Virus record (IMG/VR): IMGVR_UViG_3300042451_001197
Coordinates: 1 to 64,000 of that record
Reading direction: 5' to 3' (one strand)
DNA: 64,000 bases
Source: a virus
Below are positions 8,501-18,438 of this stretch, piece after piece (position 1 is the first letter of the stretch; every line of letters begins with the position of its first letter). The position numbers and the translations under genes were made by a program. The notes below the pieces were generated by a model. That model was not told where the DNA came from and did no database searches. It saw nothing but the letters and a program-made list of their open reading frames with translations.

Positions 8501-11087
8501 CATCACTACCACCATTACAAGAAACATTAATTGAAGTTAGTGTTGAAGTTGGCGGATAAGCTATAGTCCAACTAGATAAAATATCATAAGCATTGTTCGT
8601 ACAACCAATTCCTGTTGTACAATTTCCTCTTCTACCTCTAATTTGAACCGTAATCCCATCACTTAAAGATGATGTTGATATTGTTGTACCAGGAATATAA
8701 TTTGACCAAGAAGTTCCGTTAATTGTATATTGAAATATGTCAGAACAACCAACCCCACTTGAACCTGAATTGAATGTTGCGGATAAATCAGTTCCGACAC
8801 AAACATTATTAGTATTCGGTGTTTTAGTATTTAATGTTGGGTTAATTGGGTCAGGAATGACCGTAACCGTATGAATGTTTGATGTATCTTTACAACCATT
8901 ACCATCTGTAACGATAACTCTATAATCTCTCGTTACGGTTGGGGTTGCATTTATTGTTGAGGTGGTTACCGTATTTGACCAACTACCACTATTAAATTGC
9001 CATTGATAGGTATATGTCGGTATTCCCAATGTAACTGATGAAGTTATGTTGTTTGTTCCTGAACCACCCGCACAAATCTGTGATGAACTTGGTATTGTTA
9101 CAATCGGACTTGTGGCTAAAGATAATGTAACCGTATTTGAGTTTGTCGATTGATTACAACTATTTGTAACTTGAACATAGTAGTTTCCAAGGGTTGATGT
9201 TGAGTATGTGTCACTATTAGCTCCCGATATACTAACTCCGTTACGATACCATTGATATGTAAATGGTGTTCTAACCCCTGACGCAACAACTGAAAATGTT
9301 TGTGGTGTTGTACAAGTTTGTAAATTAATTGGTTGGGTTGTAATAGTTGGTGGTGATGAAGTATAAGTAACACCTAACTGAAAGTTTCCTTTAGCACTTC
9401 CATAACCTGTGACTAAAACATAATAGTCAGTATTGTTTGTTGAAGTGAAGGTAACTCTTGATTGTGTCGAACAATCGTCATCATTATAAGTTAAACAAGT
9501 TAGAGAACCACAAACTCCCGTATATACAAATAATTTAGTATCGAATGAAGTTCCTGTACATAAACTTAAAGTTATGTTTTGTCCATTACCAACCACCTTA
9601 TACCAAACACCAGGTGCTGTCCAAGTTTCAAAAACGTCTGTGAAACAACTCGGAGAATCCCCTGTTTGAGTTGCGTAATTAGTACTTCCATTCCAAGTTA
9701 CATCACAAGTTGTTGAGATTGCACCCGAACATAAATCGTTTGATGGGAGTGGAATACTACATTTTACTTGTCTTGTTCTGCTAACAGACTGAGTTCCACA
9801 ATTACTATTAGTATGAGTATAAAATCGAACAACTTCATCTGAAGTTGGTGTGTAGATTATTGGTGTTGTTCCGTAAATATATTTTGTTGTTCCACCACTA
9901 TTTGTTATGGTAATAAAATCTGTGGAAACTGAACTATTAAATGTATATTGAACGTTTGAAATTAAACTAACGTTTGAGTATTCACCCGCATATCCTAATG
10001 TTGTAATGTTTTCAAAAGAACCTGAACAAGATGGTGAGTATGTTGTAGAAGGATATAAAGTTCCGTTCGTACATCCAGGTGTTGATGTTGTAAATGACCA
10101 AGTTGAACAACTTAAAGCCGTACCTGCCGAATTTTTAGGAATAACCTTCCAATAATAAGTGGTCGAATTTGACAACGTTGGTGTATATGAAGTACCTGAT
10201 TGATTAACTACAAATGGGGGTGAACTATTTGTTCCAAAGTAAACGTCATAACTTGTTGCGTTACTAACCACACCCCAATTTAAAGTTTGTGATAATAAAA
10301 TGTCTGTTGAATTGTTTGTCGGTGATGTTAGTGTGGCACAAACGGGTATTGCGGTATAGGTTAATATTACACGACCCGCAGCTCCCGCTCCACCATTTCT
10401 TGATGTGGTGTTGTTTTTAAATGCTCCTCCACCCCCACCACCAGGTGTTGAACCTGCCGTACCATTACCACCCGAAGCGTGTCCACTACCACCATTACCA
10501 CCACCTGAAGGGGCTGTTGCTCCTGCAGTTCCTGTAGCATCAGTACCATTAGCAGAAGTCCCCGCACCTGAACCACCACCTCCAGAAGTTACTCCACCAA
10601 CCCTACCTGAACCACCTCGATATATTGTTTGTCCAACCGAATTAGTTGTTGTCCCGACACCCGCAGTAGTTCCAACCGCACTTTGACCGCCTTTTGCTAA
10701 GACACCATCATTAGAAGATGTGGGAGATGAGTTAGTTAATTCATTGACCCAAGTGTCATTTCCATTTGCAGCGTTACCTGATGTTCCTGTTCTTGACGCT
10801 CCAACCACCCAATAAATAATTTGACCAGGAGTTACGGATATTGTTGATATAGAATGAGAACCTCCCGCACCACCCGCTAAACCACCTGTTCCTGTGGTTG
10901 ATTGTCCTGTTCCCGCACCTCCACCACCCCAAGCATCAATCTTAATTGAATACACGTTTGAAGGTACAATCCAAGAACCCGAACCAGAACCTACTAAAGT
11001 TCCTGATGCAGGCATTGCAGTTTGTGAAAATGATTTAATACATAATAGTGTGAATAGAGTTAAAAATATGTATGTTATTTTTTTCAT
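5547..11087 (-). CDS. Large secreted adhesin-like protein: signal peptide, Gly-rich domain, FN3/Ig, SprB repeats, PKD-like repeats, T9SS type-A C-terminal sorting domain
   Basis: MKK...SFSQ signal peptide; repeats VSCxGxSxGSIxLTxxGGTSPYSYSWSNG; C-terminal YPNP...SLGQVV...LNTGIYFI...KELFIIE. Confidence 0.88.
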   Translation of the reverse strand: MKKITYIFLTLFTLLCIKSFSQTAMPASGTLVGSGSGSWIVPSNVYSIKIDAWGGGGAGTGQSTTGTGGLAGGAGGSHSISTISVTPGQIIYWVVGASRTGTSGNAANGNDTWVNELTNSSPTSSNDGVLAKGGQSAVGTTAGVGTTTNSVGQTIYRGGSGRVGGVTSGGGGSGAGTSANGTDATGTAGATAPSGGGNGGSGHASGGNGTAGSTPGGGGGGAFKNNTTSRNGGAGAAGRVILTYTAIPVCATLTSPTNNSTDILLSQTLNWGVVSNATSYDVYFGTNSSPPFVVNQSGTSYTPTLSNSTTYYWKVIPKNSAGTALSCSTWSFTTSTPGCTNGTLYPSTTYSPSCSGSFENITTLGYAGEYSNVSLISNVQYTFNSSVSTDFITITNSGGTTKYIYGTTPIIYTPTSDEVVRFYTHTNSNCGTQSVSRTRQVKCSIPLPSNDLCSGAISTTCDVTWNGSTNYATQTGDSPSCFTDVFETWTAPGVWYKVVGNGQNITLSLCTGTSFDTKLFVYTGVCGSLTCLTYNDDDCSTQSRVTFTSTNNTDYYVLVTGYGSAKGNFQLGVTYTSSPPTITTQPINLQTCTTPQTFSVVASGVRTPFTYQWYRNGVSISGANSDTYSTSTLGNYYVQVTNSCNQSTNSNTVTLSLATSPIVTIPSSSQICAGGSGTNNITSSVTLGIPTYTYQWQFNSGSWSNTVTTSTINATPTVTRDYRVIVTDGNGCKDTSNIHTVTVIPDPINPTLNTKTPNTNNVCVGTDLSATFNSGSSGVGCSDIFQYTINGTSWSNYIPGTTISTSSLSDGITVQIRGRRGNCTTGIGCTNNAYDILSSWTIAYPPTSTLTSINVSCNGGSDGSIDLTPTGNSPFTFSWSNGGTIEDISNLTSGNYSVTITDNNLCSSTNSVTITQPTLLTSSLTSVNVSCFNGVNGSINLTPSGGTSPYSYSWSNGSTNQDLNNLPANTYSVTITDSKGCTTTNSVTITQPSTITVTTSVTNVNCFGESNGSLSVTNISGGTSPYIILWGNGSNQNTISNLTAGNYNVTITDNKGCNKITTLNVSQPNQLSISVTSSVTPTCGFNNGSINVSVVGGTSPYSYSWSNGSSSQNLTNIPSGNYTLTVTDSKSCTSQTSVNLGCNSTPIIVGQISGISSICGINSTTYTINYSNGVPNTISWILPNSVTSSNGLSSQNVNVTFSSGFIQDSIEVDVVSNGITYHRSIWVSKLPNKPTISGNFCGDPIGSIKQYIVTNSQPNTTYTWVPPYGVNVFSGQGNDTVQFKFSMYFVTGSVASVTATNACSTTTKTFTIDKYVTRPTSILGPSTVCSDGNTIYTYRVDSVPTSFNYIWGLPNGVSLVGNNNNDTIKVKFSTTFTSGQFSVMSVNQCGSSPMTYGSVSNNNLYSNIGTISGPGDLCPYLGQSVTYSVTNQSGTFTWSVPTNMTIQSGQGTNVINVLVSNSFVSGTISVNLNNGCGGSISSTKTLSTTQSTISSSSISGVRSVCSIIGTNTSTTFSVTPISGVNYNWSVPVNSTIVSGQGTNSIQVTFQNGFTGGNIQLVITGGCGNPVTLTRVVSVGLPTVTINGSSCVDNGYTNTYSVSTTGALSFTWSVPNNAQIVSGQGTNSISVFFPSNFESTCINNSCDSIRLTTQFSCGTVKSTRRIGLLTQRPTITGINQACFPDTIMLTASISPRNASYIWSNPNGTSFIGSTTGNVVYAKTSSSFFGGTFSVMGVNTCGSSPMGYFGVNKVCDVRMVGLDDNNNKDLDFIVYPNPGKGIMEFRVFRGESDIYFVEVKNSLGQVVYSGYNKSEDQLNLTSLNTGIYFIMVRDNKNNTLIKELFIIE

Positions 11088-11200
11088 TGTTACACATAAT
11101 TTCTACTCTCTTAAAAGAACTTCTTAATAGAAGACCCCCAATTTCCTTGGGTAGGTTGAGTTATTTATATAAATATAAAAAAAGAAATAAAAAAATCAAA

Positions 11201-11680
11201 TTAGTTATAAATAAACCAATCAGGGATATTCCTATTTTTCCAATTCGCAAAATCTTTTTTTTCTTTTCTGTAATATTCTCTATAAGAGTCAATAGCATTT
11301 CCTATTTTACACTCAATAGGCATTGCTAAAGCAAAAGGAGTTAATTCTCCAATACTTTTTATCTTAGGTTTATTAATTATGCACCACTCAATAACATCTT
11401 GAGATTTATGTCTTTTTCCGTACCTATAAGTATATTCGGAACATAATTCCATACCCAAATCACATAACCAAACGTAATTCTCATAACACTCTCTTACCCA
11501 AATAGAACAAGGGTGATTTTTGTGAGACAATTTGTATGGTACTTCATTAGTTACTTGGTCGGTCATATGATGAACACCACATAAAAGTTGGGAACTTTCA
11601 AGTATCATTTTAACAACGTGTTTATCACAATGATATTCCGCACACTTTTTTGGATTATAATCTAAAACAAAAATATTCAT
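11201..11680 (-). CDS. Pyrimidine-dimer DNA glycosylase (DenV)-related protein
   Basis: MNIFVLD...HCDKHVVKMILE..QLL...HKNHPCSIW...EYTYRYGKRH pattern. Confidence 0.65.
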   Translation of the reverse strand: MNIFVLDYNPKKCAEYHCDKHVVKMILESSQLLCGVHHMTDQVTNEVPYKLSHKNHPCSIWVRECYENYVWLCDLGMELCSEYTYRYGKRHKSQDVIEWCIINKPKIKSIGELTPFALAMPIECKIGNAIDSYREYYRKEKKDFANWKNRNIPDWFIYN

Positions 11681-11943
11681 TAGTATTTTTTAAGAATGTT
11701 TTCAATTACTTCTATATCTTTCATAGACATTTGAAGTCTAATTTCAGATAATTTTTGACAATTTTGATTCCAATTTTTATCTGAGATTAATTGATCATTT
11801 TCAGGGATTGGAGTCGTTACATTTGTAAGATGTCCTTCCTCATTTAACCATTTAATAACTTGTTTAATTTCTTTAGAACCGCAAGATGATAAGAATTCAT
11901 CTACTTCAACTTCCACTTCAGCATAAGTTTCAAAATAAGGCAT
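11680..11943 (-). CDS. Hypothetical protein
   Basis: ORF overlapping its downstream neighbour by 1 nt. Confidence 0.6.
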   Translation of the reverse strand: MPYFETYAEVEVEVDEFLSSCGSKEIKQVIKWLNEEGHLTNVTTPIPENDQLISDKNWNQNCQKLSEIRLQMSMKDIEVIENILKKY

Positions 11944-11955
11944 AGTTTTTAAATT

Positions 11956-12594
11956 TTAATTATTATTGATTATATTTTTACATTTAGAACAGAAATCACC
12001 ACTATCATACTCGTCATTAGCGATGGCCATAATACAAGTCAAATCAGAACAATGGTCTAAACCAAGAGTGTGACCGATTTCGTGGATAGTCGTTTCTTTA
12101 ATAAACTCAGGTTTACCTCTCATAATAATAGTATTACCGTAGATTGTTGTATAACCTCTTAATCTCATACCATCTTTTGTGTATAAATTATTGTTGGTAA
12201 TATAGATAGTTTTAACATCTTTTCTCAAAGATGTGACACACTTGTAGGCGTCTAATGTATCACCATTAATAAACAAATCTGATGTAACTTGTTCAGGATT
12301 ACCAATACTTGTAGAATAACCATAAAAATCTTTAATTACATTAGATGTCTCTTCAAGTATAGAGTAATCAATGTTACCTAAAGGAACTATGTTTATATGT
12401 TGATTATTTTTTCTAACGGACTGATAATCAACGCTCTCTGTTCGAACTTCTTCATAAATTACAGGGGTTTCCGTAACTACCTGATTTTCAATACGTTTAA
12501 CATTTTTATTAATTTCTCCTTTGTTGTTTTTAACATATTCAGCAATTGTGAATACTACAACTACAAATAAAATGGTGGTGATTATATTTTTCAT
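11956..12594 (-). CDS. Archaemetzincin-like (M54) zinc metalloprotease with N-terminal anchor
   Basis: HEIGHTLGLDHC...CIM...FCSKC. Confidence 0.8.
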   Translation of the reverse strand: MKNIITTILFVVVVFTIAEYVKNNKGEINKNVKRIENQVVTETPVIYEEVRTESVDYQSVRKNNQHINIVPLGNIDYSILEETSNVIKDFYGYSTSIGNPEQVTSDLFINGDTLDAYKCVTSLRKDVKTIYITNNNLYTKDGMRLRGYTTIYGNTIIMRGKPEFIKETTIHEIGHTLGLDHCSDLTCIMAIANDEYDSGDFCSKCKNIINNN

Positions 12595-12674
12595 ACCACA
12601 AATATATGAACTTTTTCCTAATTGGCAAAATTTAATTTAAAATTCTTTTTATTTAGATTTAGTCTAAATAAAAA

Positions 12675-14999
12675 TCATAAATTTTTCTTACCACTAAAAA
12701 TATTTGGTAAATTGTTTCTTCTATTTGGTCTAGAAGGTATTACTTTTTCGATAGTTTTCCGTATAGAATCTTTCTTAATTTCTATGAGTTTTTCTCTATC
12801 AATAGGTTTTTTTTCTGAAACTATTCTAACATCTTGCTTTACAGGTTCAGTATTTATTATAGAATTTACTTTATTGTAATTTATTTCTTTTCTCTTATTT
12901 AAAGATTCTTTTATCGATTTTTTAATTAAGTCCGATTTTGAATGAATAATTTCAATATCTTTAGATATTTTGTCATTAACAATTATTTCAACTTTAATTT
13001 CTGTAAAAATTTCAGTAACTAAACTAGGTAACTTTAATTCTCCGTTATTTTTGAAACTTAAAATTCTGTAATCCTTTCTTATTTTTGAATCATATCCTGT
13101 TTCAGGACTTTGGGTTAAACTATTTGAATGTAATCTTCTAAAAAAACAATTATTTTTTGTAAATCCTAAAGATAGTCCGTTTTTATAAACTCTATTTGAA
13201 AAGTTTGAATCCGCCTCACATCTCCAAGGTTCAAATCCGTTCATAGACATAAAAACTTCTTTTTTAATTGAAAAGACACCTTCTCCGTAATATGTTATTT
13301 TTTTATGGTTGTTAACATTGTCTATAAAATCATAATACTTAGGTTTAACAATGTCTTTGGTTTTATGTAATTCCAACATATCCGCAACCATATTTTCATT
13401 CATAATATCATCCGAATCAAAGAATAATATTATTTCTGAGTTAGATATACTACATAAAGAATTTTTAATAATGTAAGGACCAACATTTTTTTCAAAAAAA
13501 TAAAATCTAATTCTGTTATCAAATTTTTTAGTTTTTATATAATTTAATGTCTCTTTACATCCGTCAATTCCTACAATAATTTCACAATCTAAATTTTTAA
13601 CTGACAATAAAACAGAATCTAAACATTCTTGTAAATATGAAGTATTTTTATAGGTTGGAATTATAATAGTGAGTATTTTTTCATTAATATCGAAATTACT
13701 AATTAATGGTTGTGTTTTTCTAAAAATCGGGTGCATCTTTGAATCGTCATTTCCGGTATGTTCCACTAAAGAACCGTAATTCTTTACTTTATAATTTAAA
13801 TTATTCAAACGCCTTGTCATTTGACACCCAACCCCGGATGAATTCATTTTACCTGTTGAGTTGATTGGATGTAACTCAAAATTTATCTTCTTGAAAAATG
13901 AATGTGGGGCACAAAAAGCACCGTCAACCCAATTTAGATAACCCCAATTAGTCTCTCCAATTCCTTTTTGTGTAAATAATCTAACAATTTCATTTTCATT
14001 AATAATTGTTTTTAATTTTTCAAAATATCCATTAATGAGTTTGAAGTCGTCCGCCAACATAACCCCATATTTAAATTTATATTTAGACATTTCATCTAAT
14101 AATTTGTTAACGGTTACCCAATACTTTTCTTTACCATTATTATTAGTATTTTCCAAATAGATAATATTTTTATTCAAATTTTTTAAATCTAAATACCTAT
14201 CATCTTTCGATCCATCATTTATAATAATGATTAATGTATTTGTATGACTTTCTAATATATTCTCAATTAAATTTTTTATTTTTTCATATCTCTCGTATGT
14301 GGGTATTATATATACAAAATCATATTTAACTTCTTTTTTATACCAAAAATATGTCGGGGTTGACGCGTAATTGACTTTATCGGTCGAGTACCCCAACTCA
14401 TTGGCAATTCTTTCAAAATTATTAAATTCCTCATCATTTCTAAGCTCGGCAATAATAATAGGATTGTATTTTAATATTATTTTTTTAGCACCCTCTAAAA
14501 CATTTGATTCGTAACCCTCAACATCTATCTTTATTAAATTTATATCCTCAAAATCATTTAACAATATATCTAAGCTATTTACAACAACATCACCTCCATC
14601 CCCAACAATTTTAGTCATACCAATATTTGTCATATCAATATCTGACACAACCACTTTTTTAGGTCTTTCTCCGACCGCCGCATTAATAGTAATTACATTA
14701 TCAGTATTTAAATTTTTAATATTTTCTTCCAGCACATTGAATATCATATAATTCATCTCGATTGAGACTACTTTGTCGGAATTACAGAATTTTGAAAAGA
14801 ATATTGTGTGATTACCTATGTTCGACCCAACATCAACATACGTTCCTTTTAAATTTAAAGATTTGACTTTTTCTAGTAATTTTAATTCGTAAAAATTACC
14901 CGTTATTTTTAAATGTTTAAAAATATGATCGGTCTCAGATAGACTAGTTAATAGTAATTTATTATTATTATAATTTATTTCTGTTACACTATTTCCCAT
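12675..14999 (-). CDS. FkbM-family methyltransferase fused to two GT2-like glycosyltransferase domains
   Basis: VDVGSNIGNH and IKIDVEGYE; IIPTY...INDGS; IIIPTY...FFDSDD. Confidence 0.8.
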   Translation of the reverse strand: MGNSVTEINYNNNKLLLTSLSETDHIFKHLKITGNFYELKLLEKVKSLNLKGTYVDVGSNIGNHTIFFSKFCNSDKVVSIEMNYMIFNVLEENIKNLNTDNVITINAAVGERPKKVVVSDIDMTNIGMTKIVGDGGDVVVNSLDILLNDFEDINLIKIDVEGYESNVLEGAKKIILKYNPIIIAELRNDEEFNNFERIANELGYSTDKVNYASTPTYFWYKKEVKYDFVYIIPTYERYEKIKNLIENILESHTNTLIIIINDGSKDDRYLDLKNLNKNIIYLENTNNNGKEKYWVTVNKLLDEMSKYKFKYGVMLADDFKLINGYFEKLKTIINENEIVRLFTQKGIGETNWGYLNWVDGAFCAPHSFFKKINFELHPINSTGKMNSSGVGCQMTRRLNNLNYKVKNYGSLVEHTGNDDSKMHPIFRKTQPLISNFDINEKILTIIIPTYKNTSYLQECLDSVLLSVKNLDCEIIVGIDGCKETLNYIKTKKFDNRIRFYFFEKNVGPYIIKNSLCSISNSEIILFFDSDDIMNENMVADMLELHKTKDIVKPKYYDFIDNVNNHKKITYYGEGVFSIKKEVFMSMNGFEPWRCEADSNFSNRVYKNGLSLGFTKNNCFFRRLHSNSLTQSPETGYDSKIRKDYRILSFKNNGELKLPSLVTEIFTEIKVEIIVNDKISKDIEIIHSKSDLIKKSIKESLNKRKEINYNKVNSIINTEPVKQDVRIVSEKKPIDREKLIEIKKDSIRKTIEKVIPSRPNRRNNLPNIFSGKKNL

Positions 15000-15661
15000 T
15001 TTGACACTATTTTAGTTTGTTCATAATCTTTTTTTGATTTAAAATCCTCATATATTGTCCATTTATCCGACATTTTATCACTATATTTAATCCAATTCGT
15101 ATTTCTAGATATTGAATATGATTTTATATTTTGTTTTTTACACATATCACCTAACCATATGTCGGCCATATTAGGTATTGGAAAATCTGATAACTTTATA
15201 TTTAAAATCGAGGTATCAATTAGACAGGACGATGTAGCGACTAAATCAACCTCAATATCTGTTAACAACTCATTAAATCCGTGAAAAACTTTTCTATTTT
15301 TATAATAACTATTAACCGGTTTAGTTATTTTAACTCCGTGTAAACCGACAACTGATTTATATTTTTGACATTTTTCTATTAAAACATCACAATAATCGTT
15401 AGGATATATTATATCATCATCACAGGCGAAATAATAGTCATTCATATAGTTATCAATTTTATAAAATTTTGCAGCATCCCCCAATGAGTTATCAAGTAAA
15501 TAACATTCAATTTTTTTCATATCCAAAAAATAAGGAATTTCTTTATAATTATTCAATCCGATAATTATCTTGTCAACTTGATCATATAGGCTAAAAATAG
15601 TTTCTTCTAAAGATTCAATTCTATCTGGTAGAGAGGCGATACCAACAATTTTTCGTTTCAT
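14984..15661 (-). CDS. GT-A fold glycosyltransferase
   Basis: ACDDDIIYP DxD motif; NMADIW. Confidence 0.7.
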   Translation of the reverse strand: MKRKIVGIASLPDRIESLEETIFSLYDQVDKIIIGLNNYKEIPYFLDMKKIECYLLDNSLGDAAKFYKIDNYMNDYYFACDDDIIYPNDYCDVLIEKCQKYKSVVGLHGVKITKPVNSYYKNRKVFHGFNELLTDIEVDLVATSSCLIDTSILNIKLSDFPIPNMADIWLGDMCKKQNIKSYSISRNTNWIKYSDKMSDKWTIYEDFKSKKDYEQTKIVSKWEIV

Positions 15662-15713
15662 AAAAATAAATATATATATTGGTAATTAAATTTTTTTATT
15701 TATATTTAAAAAT

Positions 15714-16205
15714 ATGGATAAAGTTTTAGTTTTAAACTCAGATTATTCTCCCTTAAATGTTACCTCAATTTATAGAGGTTTTAATTTAGTTATTAGTGGT
15801 AAGGCCGAAATATTAAAGTCCTCAGACAAACCAATTCTTGCGGGCGAAAAAACTTACATTAAACCGTTGATTATCCGTTTATTTTACTACATAAAATATC
15901 GTAGTAGGACATTAAAAATAAATAGAGAAAGAATCTTAAAAAGAGATAGTTACGAGTGTGTTTATTGTGGTAAAAATGAAAATTTGACCATCGATCATAT
16001 AATCCCAAAATCAAGAGGTGGAAAAAATACTTGGACAAATTTAGTGACTTGTTGTAGTAAATGTAACGCATTTAAAAATGATAGGACACCTGAAGAAGCT
16101 AATATGATTTTAAAATGTATCCCACACGAACCCTCAATACTTCACGACATTTTAAATCCAAACATTAGATCGGTTTGGGAAGAATTTAAAAACTCATTTA
16201 TATAA
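15714..16205 (+). CDS. HNH endonuclease (McrA-like)
   Basis: RDSYECVYCG...LTIDHIIPKSRGG..TWTNLVTCCSKCN. Confidence 0.88.
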   Translation: MDKVLVLNSDYSPLNVTSIYRGFNLVISGKAEILKSSDKPILAGEKTYIKPLIIRLFYYIKYRSRTLKINRERILKRDSYECVYCGKNENLTIDHIIPKSRGGKNTWTNLVTCCSKCNAFKNDRTPEEANMILKCIPHEPSILHDILNPNIRSVWEEFKNSFI

Positions 16206-16210
16206 AAACA

Positions 16211-16231
16211 AAAAGGTGTCTTTCGACACCC
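16211..16231. terminator. Hairpin terminator between convergent genes
   Basis: GGTGTC-TTTC-GACACC with adjacent A tract. Confidence 0.6.
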
Positions 16232-16285
16232 TCTTGTTAGATATGGAATACCCCCTTTCTGTTACTGGTTTATCCCATCCGGGTT

Positions 16286-16957
16286 TTACCCCGCTGGTTT
16301 CTCGCCGGAGCCGATTGATTTATTACCAAAAGACTCTGAAAATTTTCCACTAAATTTTTGAACTACAGGACAAATAAACTCAGCAATTTTAGATTGCATC
16401 TTTTGTCCTATGTTTGATTCGCCAATTATTTCGGCTAAAGTATTTCTTAATGTATTCGCAAATCCTGATTCCATTCCTCCGCCAACACTATGTTGTAATC
16501 TTAATGCCATCGTTTCCCCTAAATTTTGTGCAATTTCTCCTGACAAATACTTACAATCTAATAATTTAGTAATTTCGTGTAATTTAATGTTACTAATTGA
16601 AACTGCGATTAAGTCAGTCATAAAACTATTTTTATCCATACCAAGAGATACTAACAATTGTCTGACGATATTTTCTTGTATAGTCTCCCAAGTACCTCTA
16701 CCTATATCTGATATTAAACTTCCCCATTGTTCATTAATTAAATTATGATTGAAATTTTCTTTCATCATTTTCGCAACTTCATTAAGAGCTTTTAAAACAA
16801 CTTCCTCTTTTTGGGATTCGGTTTTCACAATTTTGTTTTCGGTGATTAGACTAAACCTCTTTTCGATAATCCTTCTTTCTTTTACTAAAAGACTTTCTTT
16901 CATTTGTTTAGTTTTAATTAAGTTTTCTTTAACTAAATTATTTAATTTTTTTTCCAT
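16286..16957 (-). CDS. Hypothetical protein with multiple (L/I)xE sites in the N-terminal region
   Basis: LVKE, LITE, LINE. Confidence 0.6.
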   Translation of the reverse strand: MEKKLNNLVKENLIKTKQMKESLLVKERRIIEKRFSLITENKIVKTESQKEEVVLKALNEVAKMMKENFNHNLINEQWGSLISDIGRGTWETIQENIVRQLLVSLGMDKNSFMTDLIAVSISNIKLHEITKLLDCKYLSGEIAQNLGETMALRLQHSVGGGMESGFANTLRNTLAEIIGESNIGQKMQSKIAEFICPVVQKFSGKFSESFGNKSIGSGEKPAG

Positions 16958-16966
16958 TTCTATTAA

Positions 16967-17215
16967 TTATAATAAGGTATTTGCCTTACCTCTGTTTATT
17001 TTAACTATATCTTTCCATTTAGTTAGACCTATTTGATTTGCTGGACCTCTTGTCGCTCCACTCTCCCATTTAGTTACCGTTGGATAAGGAGCTGTCGACC
17101 CTCCTCCCCCTGACGATGTTCCTCCTGCATCGTCTTGTTCAGAAAATTCACCTTTATCCTCGATAGTGGTAAATCTCTTCATAAGATTTATTAAAGTATT
17201 TACATCTGTTTTCAT
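16967..17215 (-). CDS. Hypothetical protein
   Basis: Internal repeat KW...RGxAN. Confidence 0.6.
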   Translation of the reverse strand: MKTDVNTLINLMKRFTTIEDKGEFSEQDDAGGTSSGGGGSTAPYPTVTKWESGATRGPANQIGLTKWKDIVKINRGKANTLL

Positions 17216-17517
17216 TAAAACAATTCAGGTTTGGGTGTTCTTTTTGGATAAACCATATAATATTCGTTTAAAAAAGTGACGATTTCATCATCATCAATAT
17301 AATCTAAACCTTTATATAATTCATCAATATCTTCATAATCTTCATCAGATTCATTTATAGTGTTATTTAAAAAATCATAACCAAATTCAGTAATTTCATC
17401 TAAACTAATAAAGTCCTGTCTATATTGTTCTTCACCATCGTCAATGGTTCTAAAGGACACCTCTAATAAGTTTGATACATCATCTATATAAAACGAAATT
17501 AAATCTTTAACCTCCAT
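17215..17517 (-). CDS. Acidic hypothetical protein
   Basis: ORF in operon-like run. Confidence 0.6.
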   Translation of the reverse strand: MEVKDLISFYIDDVSNLLEVSFRTIDDGEEQYRQDFISLDEITEFGYDFLNNTINESDEDYEDIDELYKGLDYIDDDEIVTFLNEYYMVYPKRTPKPELF

Positions 17518-17518
17518 A

Positions 17519-18064
17519 TTAATATTTATTAAATCTTTTAAACATATTAAGTGTCTTTAAAACCTGTTCTTGTATAGGCTCAATCACATCTTCATCAATA
17601 TCCTGTTCGTCAATATATTTAATAACCATTTCATCATTTGTTATGTCATCATCAACTCGTAAATCTAAAACATCGGTTTCTTCTTTATCATCGTGACCGA
17701 AAGTTCCGTGTTCTAAATCATCTTTTCTATCACCTATCATATCTAATGGTGCTCCAACGCTAAGGTATTCGCTCTCAAAAGTTTCTTCAGGATGAAATGC
17801 CGATCCTGATTGAGCGTCTTCATCAAACAATCCTGTCGATTTTCCATCGAATCTCATTTCATTAATTCCCACATTTTTATATTCGGAAACATCCCCTTTA
17901 TTATTTACGGTTAAACCCATCTTATCATTTGCCAAATCCTGAACATATAATGGTTGAGTATTAGATTGAGAATAATTGGTTACATATCCATCATAGATAG
18001 TTCTATGTTTATTGAGAATACTTTCCTTTTCTTCTCTTGTCATCTTAAAAAGATATTGATTCAT
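17519..18064 (-). CDS. Acidic hypothetical protein
   Basis: TATTTAT upstream; TREEKESIL leader. Confidence 0.6.
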   Translation of the reverse strand: MNQYLFKMTREEKESILNKHRTIYDGYVTNYSQSNTQPLYVQDLANDKMGLTVNNKGDVSEYKNVGINEMRFDGKSTGLFDEDAQSGSAFHPEETFESEYLSVGAPLDMIGDRKDDLEHGTFGHDDKEETDVLDLRVDDDITNDEMVIKYIDEQDIDEDVIEPIQEQVLKTLNMFKRFNKY

Positions 18065-18096
18065 AATTTTTATTTTTTATATAAATACATTTAAAC

Positions 18097-18438
18097 CTAT
18101 AAAACTTTACTAACCAAATTAATTAGTTGTTTTTTAGTTATAAGATAAGATTCTTTTTTTATTCCTCTTTTTTTATCGGTATAATATGGGTCTTTTGTCC
18201 AAGTATCTTTTTTAATTGAGAGAGATAATGTACTTATTCTTTTACCAATATTGTCATAATCTCCATCATCCCAAGACACTTTATACATCCATTCACCGGC
18301 CGCGTCAAACAATTCTCCCGCAACTCCCCAACTTCCTGGTGATAAACTTTCACCATCCATAAATAATAGACATACTCTATCACCAATTTCTAACTTTGGA
18401 TTTATTCTTGAATCGGGATTTAAATCGTTAGGTCTCAT
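18097..18438 (-). CDS. Hypothetical protein
   Basis: ORF track. Confidence 0.55.
   Translation of the reverse strand: MRPNDLNPDSRINPKLEIGDRVCLLFMDGESLSPGSWGVAGELFDAAGEWMYKVSWDDGDYDNIGKRISTLSLSIKKDTWTKDPYYTDKKRGIKKESYLITKKQLINLVSKVL

Noticed and set aside
7700-8560. Repeats within the adhesin as a nucleotide array
   Set aside because: Degenerate SprB protein repeats with conserved internal sequence and no unique spacers.
10405-10686. Pro-rich plus-strand ORF, and ORFs 9116, 10367, 10894
   Set aside because: Antisense or alternate-frame shadows of the Gly-rich adhesin gene.
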